DNA of 64,000 nucleotides from the human T2T-CHM13v2.0 reference genome, Homo sapiens: NCBI RefSeq assembly GCF_009914755.1, contig NC_060930.1; one strand, 5' to 3'. Positions within the stretch are counted from its first letter, which is position 1. Each line of letters starts with the position of its first letter. Position numbers and translations under genes: made by a program. Positions 12,840 through 30,277 of this stretch are shown here, one piece after another. A model generated the notes under the pieces. That model made no database searches. It was not told the DNA's origin and was given only the letters and a program-made list of their open reading frames with translations.

Positions 12840-13530
12840 GGCAGGTTCCATGAGTTGAGGAGATGGAGCTAAGACTACCAGGAGACTTAGGTAGCAAGAG
12901 TTCACAGCACAGAGTACCACAAAGGAGAAAACTGCACAGAGATAAAATCCTAGAAATCTACAGAAGTCCCCCTCAAAGAGCAGAATATTGATCCGTACAT
13001 ATATGTGAGAAAACTACCTGAGGCTGGGTAAAGAATTATAAAAAAGGATCAGCGATAACAATGACCAGTGCACACATAGGTCCAGAAACAGTGTGTGCTC
13101 TCATTGGTAAGACCAGAAAAACTCATAATTCATGAGGCAGAAGGTTAAAAACTCAGAAAGACCATACCTAATTAATGAGAAATAATTAGCTGCCTGGTTA
13201 CTTCTCTGCAGCTGCCTAACCAGTCATAACATCAAGATCTGAAAGGAACAAGCTATGTCTAAGTAACTTACTAAATACCAGAAAAAAATACCTAGAACAT
13301 TTACAAGCAATAAAAAATTCAAAACACAATGACAAAACTTTTGCAATGTCTGGCATAAAATCAAAGATTATCAGGCATTTAAAGAAACAGGGATGTATGG
13401 CCCATAATTAAGGAAAATAATCCATTGAAAACATCCCAGACATAACACAGTAGTTAGGATTAGAGGTAAACTACTTTAAGACACTTAATATAACTTTACC
13501 CCATATGTTCTAAAGGTAAAGAATTTGAAA
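12840..13530 (+). mobile_element. Old L1M 5' region fragment
   Basis: Similar to 59900-60500 (gaaa.ctgcacag...atctacaga..tcccc; tccaagtaa.tta). Resembles ancient L1 5'UTR/ORF1. Confidence 0.55.
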
Positions 13531-13626
13531 ATATAAATAATGTCTTGAAGTTAAACTTCACTAACAAATAATCAAGCAGTATCACAATAATAAATAAAAA
13601 TAGAGATATATAATGAGTTAACATGA

Positions 13627-13970
<344 letters not shown>

Positions 13971-14421
13971 TGATCTTAGATTTAATATCATTCCAGTCAG
14001 GATTCTGGCAGGCTTTTTTTGTATAAATTGACAAGTATATTCTAAAATTCAAATGAAAATTCAACAGGCTTGGAACATGCAAAACAATTCTGAAAAAAAG
14101 ACCAAAGTTGCAGTATTAGTCTTTCCAAGATGTATCATAAAGCTATAGTAATCAAGACCTGTGAGAGCTTTATAAAGATAAATAAATAGATCAGTAGAAT
14201 AGAGAGTCAAGCAATAGACTGACACATATAAGGATGACATACTTTTAATACTGGTTCAAGACACAGCATTGGAGAAAGATAGCCTTTTCAACAAATTGTG
14301 CTAGAATAATTAAATGTGCATACGCAAAAGTCAAGTTTGATACATACCTTGAACTATAAACAAAAATCATAGACGTATGTAAAACTTCTAGGAAAAAAAT
14401 ATAGAATCTTTGTAAATTTAA

Positions 14422-14925
14422 TGCATTAGTCAGGATTCTCCAGAGAAACAGAATCAGTAGAATTTCTCATAATTAATATCGTGTGTGTGTGTGTGTGTGA
14501 TTGTGGAGAAATTGGCACATATGATTGTGGAGGCTGAGAATTCCCATGAGATCAGCTAGTTTGAAGCCAAGGAAAGCTTTTAGTATAACTCAGTTCAAGT
14601 CCAAAGGGCTGAGAACCATGGAAGCCAATGCCATAAATCCCCAGTTCAAGAGCTGAAGGAAATGAGATGAGATGTTTCAGCTCAAACAGTGAGACAGGAA
14701 AAAGTAGGGCAAATTGCTCTTTCCTCTCTGCCTGCTCTATACCAGGCTTTTAATGGATTAGATGATACCTACCCGCATTGAGGAAGGCAACCTACTTTAC
14801 TACATCCAGCAGTTCAAATCCTAATGTTATCCAGAAACACCTTCACATAGACATAAACACAGAAATAATGTTTAATGTGGGCACCTCGTAGCCAGAAACG
14901 TTGCCATGTAAAATTAATCATTGCA
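14422..14925 (-). mobile_element. MLT2-family solo LTR (ERVL)
   Basis: tgcattagtcaggattctccagagaaacagaa...(TG)n...gtaaaattaatcattgca. Confidence 0.85.
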
Positions 14926-15023
14926 CATAGATTAGGTAAAGATTCCTTAGATATGCCACCAAAATATTTTCCATAAAAGAATAAATAAAATGTAATTTTT
15001 CAGAAATTACAAAATCACTGTTA

Positions 15024-15344
<321 letters not shown>

Positions 15345-15442
15345 TTGGGCAGTTCCAAGATGGCTGAATAGGAACAGCTCCAGTCTACAGCTCCTAGCAT
15401 GAGCAATGCAGAAGACAGGTGATTTCTGCATTTCCAACTGAG

Positions 15443-16390
15443 GAACGCAGCTCCTCTCCAGCAACGGAACAAAGCTGGATGGAGAATGACTGACGAGTTG
15501 ACGGAAGAAGGCTTCAGACGATCAAACTTCTCCGAGCTAAAGGAGGAAGTTTGAACCCAATGCAAAGAAGCTAAAAACCTTGAAAAAAGATTAGATGAAT
15601 GGCAAACTAGAATAAGCAGTATAGAGGAGTCCTTAAATGACCTGATGGAGCTGAAAACCATGGCACGAGAACTATGTGACGAATGCACAAGCTTCAGTAG
15701 CCAATTCAATCAACGGGAAAAAAGGATATCAGTGATTGAAGATCAAATGAATGAAATGAAGCGAGAAGAGAAGTTTAGAGAAAAAAGAGTAAAAAGAAAC
15801 AAACAAAGCCTCCAAGAAATATGGGACTATGTTAAAAGACAAAATCTATATCTGATTGGTATACCTGAAAGTGATGGGGAGAATGGAACCAAGTTGGAAA
15901 ACATTCTGCAGGATATTATCCATGAGAATTTCCCCAACCTAGCAAGGTAGGCCAACACTCAAATTCAGGAAATACAGAGAACACCTCAAAGACACTCCTC
16001 GAAAAGAGCAACTCCAAGACACATAATTGTCAGATTCACCAAAGCTGAAATGAAGGAAAAAATGTTAAGGGCACCAGAGAGAAAGGTCGGGTTATCCGCA
16101 AAGGGAAACCCATCAGACTAAGAGCAGATCTCTCGGCAGAAACTCTACAAGCCAAAAGAGAGTGGGGGCCAGTATTCAACATTATTAAAGAAAAGAATTT
16201 TCAACCCAGAATTTCATATCCCGCCAAACTAAGCTTCATAAGTAAAGGAGAAATAAAATCCTTTACACACAAGCAAATGCTGAGAGATTTTGTCACCACC
16301 AGGCCTGCCCTACAGGAGCTCCTGAAGGAAGCACTAAACATGGAAAGGAACAACCGGTACCAGCCACTGCAAAAGCATTCCGAATTGTAA
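15443..16390 (+). pseudogene. L1 ORF1p remnant (start codon spliced out, disrupted)
   Basis: ORF 15645..15950 MELKTMARELCDEC...SLQEIWDYVKRQNL...ENFPNLAR is L1 ORF1p. Premature stops and frameshifts are present. Confidence 0.92.
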
Positions 16391-16453
16391 AGACCATCAA
16401 TGCTAGGAAGAAACTGCATCAACTGATGAGCAAAATAACCAGCTAACATCAAA

Positions 16454-20279
<3,826 letters not shown>

Positions 20280-20949
20280 ACAAATAGAACACCTGGACAC
20301 AGGAAAGGGAACATCACACACCGGGGCCTGTCGTGGGGTGGGAGAGGGGGGAGGGAAAGCATTAGGAGGTATACCTCATGTAAATGAGGAGTTAATAGGT
20401 GCATCACACCAACATGGCACTTGTATACATATGTAACAAACCTGCACGTTATGCACATGTACCCTAGAACTTATAGTAAAAAAAATTGAAAAGACCCACA
20501 AACTAGAATATAGTATTTGCAACCATAAGTTGTATTTAAAAAATCCAGCTTATATAAGGAACTCCAGACTCAATAATAAGAAATCAAACAACCAACATAA
20601 AAAGGAAAATATTTGATAGATACTTCAACAAAGAAGATATGACGATGACAGATAAGCACACAAAGATATGCTCAACATCACTAATATAGTTAGGGAAAGG
20701 CAAGTTAAAAGTACTTTACTAGAATGATTTATGTGGGAATGTGGAGGAATAGAGGCTCTCATACACTACTGGTTGCAAAGTAAAGTGGTGCAACTACTTT
20801 GGAAAACAGATTGGCATTCTCTTAGGTGATTTCCCAGAGAAATAAATGTTCATGACCATGCAAAGACTTGCACATGAATGTTCATAGAAGATTTATTTTT
20901 AATAGGCAAAACTAGATATAACCCAAATGCCAATCTACAGGTGAATGAG

Positions 20950-21552
20950 TGTGATGATTAATTTTATGTGTCAACTTGACTATCATATCACAAGGTACAA
21001 AGAAATTTGGCTAAACATTATTTCTGGGTGTATCTGCATAGACTTTTCCAGATGAAATTAGCATTTGAATTGATAGAGTGAGTAAACAAGAATGCCCTCC
21101 TCAGTGTAGACTGGCATTATCCAATCCTTGCAGATCTGAATAGAGCAAAAGCGTTAGAGAAAGAGGAATTTGCTCTCCGAATGATGGCTTGGGCTGGAAC
21201 TTTGGTCTTCTCCTGCACTCATATTGGTACTTATATTATCAGATCGGCTGATTCTTGGGCCTTGGAAATTTGGGATTTATTTCATTGGCTCCCCTGGTTC
21301 TCAGGCCTTTAGACTCATACGGAAACTGTATCACTGGCTTCCCTAGGCCTCCAGCTTGCAGATAGCAGATTATGAAACTAGTCAGTCTTCATAATCAAGA
21401 GAGCTTTTATATCTTTATAATAAATTCTATATGTAAATATATATACATATATATGTAGATAGGTAGATAGATGATAGATAGATAGACAGATAGATAGATA
21501 TAGATAGATATCTCCTATTGATTCTGTTTCTCTGGAGAACCCAGAATAATAT
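20950..21552 (+). mobile_element. MLT2-family solo LTR with internal (TA)n/(GATA)n
   Basis: tgtgatgattaattttatgtgtcaacttgact ... ttctgtttctctggagaacccagaataata. Confidence 0.88.
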
Positions 21553-23369
21553 ATTAGGTAAAAAGATGGTGGCATATCTATACAATGGAATACTAATCAA
21601 CAATTAAAAAAATTACCTAGAGAGATATCGAACAAAAGGCTGAATATTAAAATATGTAGAGTGATAAATTCAGTCAAAAGAGTAAATAACGTATTATTTG
21701 ATATATACTCATTTCTATAAAACTAAAACTAATCAATAGTGACAGGAAACAATTGAATGCTTCCTTAAATCTTAAAGATTTAATCCAGATGTGACAAACA
21801 TGACTTCTCAAATTTTATAACCAAAGCAAGTTATATAATACATCTAACATGAAGAGGCAGAGGATCATAAAGAGTGCTCAGAAGTGGAGAGAATAAAAAA
21901 TACTTACAACAACATTATCAGCTAGTGAATGTCAAGGAAAGTTGCATGTTTAATTGAACTCATTTATACAGAATAGAAAATCTTTTACTGTGGGAGAAAG
22001 AATAATATATTACTGCATATTTTTCCTTTAGAACCAATCACCAAAGTTAACTTCCTTAAACTTATTTGCTTTTCTCAATTTTTTCTCTTATTTCAATATG
22101 TAATGGATTGTTAAAAGTGTGCATTTTTTTAAGCAGAAAACACAGATGAACTTAGAATTAATTTTAACTGTGTTACAACATTTGCAAGTTGATGACAACA
22201 GGGAATATTCCAGTTAGTGAATACTGATTTAACTTCTATTTAGAAGTTGCCTTCAGATAATATTTAGATTCCTATGCAAAATAAGTTGGGAGCTTCATCA
22301 GCAGTATCTAGCAGTCAGAGATGACTATATTTAGAGTTGAGCTAGAGGCAGCTTTATCACAAACTTAACCAACTTCTGACATGTCATTGTCAGTATGCTG
22401 AAATCCACATGTGTATATTTTCTGATTTTAGGCAGAAGTGAATATTACATTCAGAGAGGAGATCTTTTTATTGCTTTATCATTGCATAATGTCCTGGATA
22501 TATTTGATACTGCTCACAGCTCCAATACACCTGTCACTGCACCTCACTGCTAATACAATGACAGCTCAGTGGTCATGTGTTCCAAGCCAATGTCATGCAA
22601 TACTGTTTTTCGCTACTCATTCTGAGTTACAGTCAGCATTAAAAGCTATGCTCAGACTTATTCTGGATTAGTTTCCTCCAGAGATGCACATCACTAATAT
22701 GTTTGATTTTAAGAAGTTGTGATGAGTATTATACGGAAGTAGACCTGTGTATAGTATTTTCAGTATTTGAGATTATAACCTGGTCAATGGGGTCTTGAGT
22801 ACCATCCAGGATCCAAACAGAGGAGATTTAGGCTTCCAAAATGGCTTGATAATGCCCATCTTCTTCATGATTACATTAGTACAGAAATATGTAAGTAAAT
22901 TATTAATTATTTAGAGCTAAAAGTACCTTAAAATGAAAAAATGACATACAGAGTTATATATTGAACTCATTTAGAAGATATTTTACTCTGGGTTATATGC
23001 TTTAGGAATCCAATGGAGTAAGTTTAATCATTCTCATTTTACATTTACAAGAACTGGCCTTAGTAAGTGGCATAACTAGAATTGGAATTCAGGCCCAGAC
23101 TTTTAGATTTTATGTATCTTATTCATTTTAGAGAGATATTTTATTACAAACACAATCTTATACCTAAATGTTTATACTGAATATGAGAAACCCAGGGCAG
23201 AGAAACTAAGTAATTTTATAAAGCTTGTATAGAGATAGCTAACAAAAAAACAAAAGACTCTCTTGAATTCTAAGTAACTCTCATGTCCTGAAATCAAATC
23301 AACATCCTGGCTTCTGTATTCTTTTCAGAGTAGCTTTCTAATTAATTCAATACTCTACCCAGTTCCTAA

Positions 23370-23640
23370 CATTAATTGAGCATCTACTATCTGTAAGACT
23401 CTTGACCTTACAGTTTATAAAAAGAAAGTCTGTCTATATTGAGCTTACAATTTAGTTGAGGAGGATATTGAGTAATAACTAATTAAATAATATCACTTTT
23501 ATGGTTGTAGTTGTAGAGAAGAATAAAACTGGGTAGAGGAATAAACTTACTATTTTTAGCAAGGAAGGACCTATGAGGATCCCATTTGAACAGAAATTTA
23601 AATAATGAAAACAGTCATGTCATGAGGAAAAATTGAGAAC
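23370..23640 (-). mobile_element. L2 3' fragment
   Basis: attaattgagcatctactat...gagcttacaatttagttgagg is L2-like. Confidence 0.5.
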
Positions 23641-23998
23641 AAGGTAATACCTTCAGCCTACCTGTGTTATAAAGTTCATGTTTTTTATATAATATAACTT
23701 ATAAATAAGTGGTTCTTGAATAAAGTCATCTTTTTTTTACACACAAACGTGCACACACAAATACATAACAATTTCTTACTTATATTTGTGAAGTGGTTTT
23801 GTGTATCTCTGCATATTTGTTTTCCTTAACATACTATATATAGAGACCTTTACTGAAATATTTAAATTACAAAAGCTCAAAGATTGTTATTAATGTTAAA
23901 GTAGCATTTTAAAAAATCTAAGATTCAAAAACGTGTCAATAATGAGATAAATTATAAATAATTATTTAACTATTTTGATATTTGGAAAATGGGCTTTT

Positions 23999-24278
23999 AT
24001 TTTATTATTTATTTTTATTTTTTATTTTTAGACGGAATCTCGCTGTGTCACCCGGGCTGGAGTGCAGTGGCGCGATCTCTGCTCACTGCAACCTCTGCCT
24101 CCTGGTTTCAAGCGATTCTTGTGCCTCAGCCTTTCCAGTAACTGGGATTACAGGAATGTGTCACCACACCCAGCTAATTTTTGTATTTTCACTAGAGACG
24201 CAGTTTCACCATGTTGGCCGGAATGGTCTCGGCCTCCCAAAGTGCTGGGATTACAGGCGTGAGCCACCACGCCCGGCA
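23999..24278 (-). mobile_element. AluS with ~30-bp internal deletion
   Basis: Junction ...atggtctc|ggcctcccaaagtg; TSD ggaaaatgggctttt / ggaacctgggctttt. Confidence 0.95.
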
Positions 24279-25075
24279 GGAACCTGGGCTTTTTCTTACA
24301 AAACCTTTACTTAATAAGATTCAATGCCAGATATGTTTTAAATCATCTCATAGAAAGAAATAACACTTTATTAGCTAATGTGTTAGCCTTGAGAAAACAG
24401 GTGATCTTATTCCATGATTCACTGATTACTCAATATCTTGCACATAAAATTCTAGAAGTAATTAGTGGCTAAATTAAGAAATTATAATTAATCTAGTATT
24501 TACTCTTTGTTTATAAACATGAATGTATAATTTTACAAATAGATATATGGAAAAAATGTAAAATTTATATTTCAGACAAAAATATATAAAAAATTGGGTA
24601 TCCTAAAATGTTTTATTTACAGATTTTCATTTTTTTCAACACATGCTTTATGGAAAAATAACCACACAATATACACATTCAAATATCCCACAGAAATGCT
24701 GTATCTTGTTTGTATATGAAAAAAATGATTTCATAAAATGCTGGTATATTTTGTCCAAATATAAAAATTTCCATTTGGAAAATTCATTTCTCAGCAGTAA
24801 GAAAATTCTTGGAAGTTCGAATGTTGTAAGAAGTCAAAACCAAACACGTATCATATTTACATATTAGCTTTTCCAAACGTGAAAATGCTTCTCCAATTTT
24901 CTAACAAATCATGTGTATAATAAACAAAGCTTTCTTTATATACAGAACTTATTTTATATTTTCAATTTTTGTCCTCTACTTATGTTTGAAGTTTTTATTT
25001 TTGGAATCTAATAAATGTGTCCATTTTCTATGCCATGAAATACAATACAAAGTGCATTTAATAAATAAAAAATAT

Positions 25076-25366
25076 GGCCAGGCGCGGTGGCTCCCGTCTG
25101 TAATCGCAGCACTTTGGGAGGCCGAGGCGGGCGGATCAAGAGGTCAGGAGATTGAGACCATCCTGGCTAACAAGGTGAAAACCCGTCTCTACTAAAAATA
25201 CAAAAAATTAGCCAGGCGTGTTGGCACGCGTTTCTAATCCCAGCTACTCAGGAGGCTGAGGTTGTAGTGAGGCGAGATCGTGCCATTGCACTCCAGCCTG
25301 GGTGACAGAGTGAGACTCAGTCTCAAAAAAACAAAAAAACAAAATAAATAAATAAATAAAAAAATA
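25076..25366 (+). mobile_element. Alu (Sc/Y-like) with internal right-arm deletion
   Basis: ggccaggcgcggtggctc...; junction ggaggctgag|gttgtagtgag; TSD ataaataaaaaata. Confidence 0.95.
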
Positions 25367-26365
25367 GCTGTATAATTTTTGAAAATCAATAATTGTAACA
25401 ATATCTAAAATAAGAACTGTTGCTATCATTTTTAATATAATATGCTAAGCATTTTTCTAATGTGTAAATGTATTTAGTTTTTAGAATAACATTATAAAGT
25501 TGGTACATTTTAAGAAAATTTAGATAATTAAGGCATTTAACCAGAGTATTCCAGCTAATAGATAGAGGAGATATAAAATTACTACGTTTCCTTCTCTGCC
25601 TTGACAGACAAAAAAACAAATATGTGCTTTTGAAAATACAGAAAATAAGTGAATGAGTCCAACAAAAAAGTATTTAAGAATTGATGCCAATCATAAAACA
25701 AGAAATTTATGCTACCGTATGCAACATATTAAATGTTATAGTTAAAAACACAAAAGAAGTAAAATTTCAGAAATTCAGCACACAATTTTCAAGCTCTAAG
25801 AGACAGAATTGTCTGCATAAAAATATGTCTTAGAATTTTGCTTCTCATTCCATCTTTGATGCCCTGGGACTAAGATCCCATCTCTCCAAGCAGGAAGGCT
25901 ACAATAAAACAAAATTAGAGCATTGATTAGGATGACTGTTTTATTCATTGTTATATATTATGTGTATATGTGTGTGTACAATACATAATGACACAAAAAG
26001 GAAAAATTTGTTTTTATTTATTTGTTTGCTTTTTTTGTTTTGTGAGTCCATCTTTCTAGCTGCATACTCAATGTGAACTTCACTCAACACTTTTCCAAAG
26101 TATTGAAGTATATACATATATATGAAAAGTTCCAGAAATGATATTCCTTTTTATTTAAGATGTGTTTATTTTTCATCTTCAGAAAGGCTTGGCTTTGGAA
26201 CCTAAAACATTTGCATACAGTAGAAAATATCCACATGAATTCAACAGGAAATTCGTGGCAGAGTTTATGTTTACTGGTGCCTAAATTTAGAGAACTGCAG
26301 TCATAAGTGACTGTGTTGAAACAAATAATTCAGAAAATTAGGAAAATTATTAAATACAGGACACC

Positions 26366-26449
26366 TTCTTCTTCTTCTTCTTCTTCTCCTTCTCCTTCTC
26401 CTTCTCCTTCTCCTTCTCCTTCTCCTTCTCCTTCTTCTTCTTCTTCTTC
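26366..26449. repeat. Compound microsatellite (TTC)7(TCCTTC)8(TTC)5
   Basis: Read directly from the sequence. Confidence 0.95.
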
Positions 26450-26763
26450 TTTTTTTTTGAGACAGAGCCTCCCTCTATTGCCCAGCCTGGAGTGCAGTTG
26501 TACAATCTCGGCTCGCTGCAACCTCCACCTCGTGGGGTCAAGCAAATTCTCCTGCCTCAGCCTCCGGAGTACTTGGACTACAGGCACACTCCACCAAGCC
26601 CGGCTAGTTTGTTTTGTTTTGTTTTGTTTTGTTTTTTGTATTTTTAGTAAAGACGGGGTTTCACTGTATTGGCCAGGCTGGTCTTGAACTCCTGACCTTG
26701 TGATCCACGCTCCTTGGCCTCTCAAAGTGCTGGGATTACAGGCATGAGCCACTGCGCCCAGCC
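26366..26763 (-). mobile_element. AluS with (GAA)/(GGAGAA) tail and (AAAAC)n linker
   Basis: Alu body 26459-26763; TSD aggacaccttctt / aggacagtttctt. Confidence 0.95.
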
Positions 26764-28499
26764 AGGACAGTTTCTTCTTTAACTTAAGGAAGAGAGGATC
26801 AAAACCGTGATTAATTTATACTTTGGGTTGTCTCTTATTTAAAGAAAGTAACTGTGCAGGAAGCCCCACTTGCAACCAGAAGTTTACTCTATTGTAAGTA
26901 TCATAGGGATGGTGCCCAATTTTTTTATTTCTTTTTTGTTTTTCTTAATTTTTACTTTTTTGTTCACCTCTAACAGTGTCTGCAGTGTCTGCAACACAGT
27001 GGATGATTCAGCAAGTATGATTTTTGAGTAAAGAAATGATAAGCCAACAAAAGACAAAACACAGGAACAAGTTACTAAGACAGGTTTTAGAAATATTTGA
27101 GACCCCAAAAAAAGACAAAAAGGAAAAAAATACACACTTATACTACATTGTTTACACATCGATCTGCCATTAGGCAAAAGATTTGAACAGAAGATTTCTG
27201 AATACCCATTTGTGCTATTTCATTCCATTCACCAGTGGAATAAAATAATGGCATGAAATATCACTATCACCATTAATGTCTATAATACAGTATAATAAAT
27301 ATAACGTTCAGTACCATTTTCAAGCCAGGCTTTCCAAATACTTTTCTTACTTTTCAGTCTTCTAACTTTATGAACACTTTCACTATGTCTCCAAATGTTG
27401 CTTTTCTAGGTTTGCTTTGTTTTAAGCCTATTATATTTACATTATATTCTAGGGAAAGATATTTGCTAACAGGGATGCAACTGAACTTAAATCATTTTTT
27501 TTATTATTTTTAAATCTTTTTTTATTTAACTAACTAACCAAGGAGCAATGCCATGAACGTAAGTCTCTTAACTCTTGGTTTACTCCCACAATCTGCCTTT
27601 CTCTAAGCAACAAAACTGAATATTAGATCGCATATGCATTAGTGATAGATATCAAAAATGGTAGTAATTAATCTGCTACTCTTCTCACTCTTCATTCCAG
27701 GAGAAGACATTACTATCCATCCTTTAACCAAAATAGGGAAGATCTGAGTAATTTCCTTCTCATATCAGTCCTTTTCTTCACATGTTTAAGTGGCTGTGAA
27801 ATATTAGAAATTCTGCTTAATTTAGTTTCTCTCATCTTCCCTTCCTGTTAAGAGCTAGCTCTTTTGCTAGATGTAAGTCATCTTACATAGTAAAAATAAT
27901 TTCCTCATTTTGCAAGAAGCTCTTGGAATCTGGTGCACAGTACCACCCTCCAATTCAGCTAAATATGTATGTGTGTGTGTATGTGAGGGTATCCTCTCTG
28001 CTAAGATCATGTCTATTTTCCTTAACATGCTCTGGTTGGTAATGTAGAGACTATACCATCCAGAAGATCCCCTTTAACTTTAAAGTTTTTCTAACAATAG
28101 ATGATATTTCTCATTTCCTTTAATCCATATAATTCAGTGGTCATCTCATGTATTTATTCAGCTTAATTTATCAAAATCATAGACAAAAAGCCCTTTTCAA
28201 AAATATCAATATTTTTATATATTGTGGTCATCATGAAATACAAACTTTAATTAGTAAAATAACATAAGACTCCATGAATTTTGTAAAGAAAACATGAATG
28301 TCTTCCTCTCTTTTCTTCCTTCCTTTGACTATAAAAGAGATAATAATAGAAAATTTCATATTGTAATTCTATAATTTGTAAAAAATACTAAAACATTTCT
28401 ACTTGGATTTGTTCAAAATTTATTCTTTTAAAATTCTTTCTGAATTTAAAAATGTTAAATGTGATTTGAGAAATAGCACAAGGCCCTTGACAGAGGCTC

Positions 28500-28557
28500 C
28501 TGTCTGTGTGAGTGTATGTATGTGTGTGTGAGTGTGTGTATATGTATGTATGTGTAT
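28500..28557. repeat. Degenerate (TG)/(TATG) microsatellite
   Basis: tgtgtgagtgtatgtatgtgtgtgtgagtgtgtgtatatgtatgtatgtgta. Confidence 0.8.
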
Positions 28558-29575
28558 AGAACCATTTTGAAGTTACCTTCTTTTACTATAAATAGCTAAC
28601 TCTTATGCTAAATATGTCTTCTTTCATATGAATAATTAGTGATTTTTCTTTTTATGAGATTCTTTCGTCACATTACACAGTACTCATCCTTCAATTTAAC
28701 TTGATCAATTTAACTATTGCCTTGAAATATACACCACTTTAAACTTACAAATTAGAAAAGGCAAGATGGCTCAATAATTCAGTTTCTTTATAAGTCAAGG
28801 CTGTTTGTTGTTTTCAAATTATTGTATTTTTGTATATATTTATTTGTGATCTAGAACTAATTATCATGTAGATATAGAAAATTATGTATATAGGTGTGTA
28901 TGTAGAAATTGTATTCTATACATTGAAAAATAATTATCAATGTGTTGCTCTATTGAAAATTAACACAATTTAATAAACCTCATTTTAAAATGCTGAATAC
29001 TTGTTTCCACATGAGACAAAGCATTTTTTTACTTCCACTTTAAAATGTTCTGAATTATTGCTTTAACTCTAGTTACTTTTGTGAAGTTGCAGGCTGAAAG
29101 TAAATAAGTATTGTTACATTACATTAGCATAATAAATATTTGTGAAAACATTTATTGCTTTATGCACTAAACTATGAACTACCTATGCAATGCCAGATTG
29201 TATTTTTTAAATCTTTGATTATTCCTATTTTCTATTAAACTAACTGAGAATTTATTGATAAACAATTTTACAACTTGTCACACAATTCACATAAAGTTTG
29301 CTGAAAGGTTCAGAATAAATGTGAACCACGAGTTTAAGTGAAATTGCTTGACTAAATAATATTTGATATATGTCAACGCAACATATTTCACATTTAAGAA
29401 GATTAAAATATGTGGGGTTTTTTTAGGCTGTTGACATTTCAGATAAAATTTTCAATATGTAGACTCTCTTTTTAAAATTATTCTAAGCTGATTTGTTAGG
29501 AGAAAGATATTGGCTTAACTACTGTGGTAGGGTGCAAATTTTACAATCTTGCTTGGGTCAACCTTGCTAACTTGA

Positions 29576-30208
<633 letters not shown>

Positions 30209-30215
30209 TAAAACT

Positions 30216-30277
30216 ACTATTATCCATTATAATAGTCAGTAAAGAGACTGACTATTATCCATTATAATAGTCAGTAA
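30216..30277. repeat. 35-bp-period tandem duplication built from alternating 12-bp inverted repeats
   Basis: actattat-ccatt-ataatagtcagt-aaagag-actgactattat-ccatt-ataatagtcagt; actgactattat is the reverse complement of ataatagtcagt. Confidence 0.92.

Noticed and set aside
12840-13530. Similarity to 59900-60500 as a local segmental duplication
   Set aside because: Low identity and L1-like content point to two independent ancient L1M 5' fragments.
22431-22896. Acceptor-like tttctgattttag|G and donor-like |gtaagt around ORF 22438..22671
   Set aside because: There is no coding signal or recognisable homology, and such motifs are common in AT-rich DNA.
26307-26752. Ser/Pro-rich and Glu/Gly-rich ORFs
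   Set aside because: They are translations of the microsatellite plus Alu.
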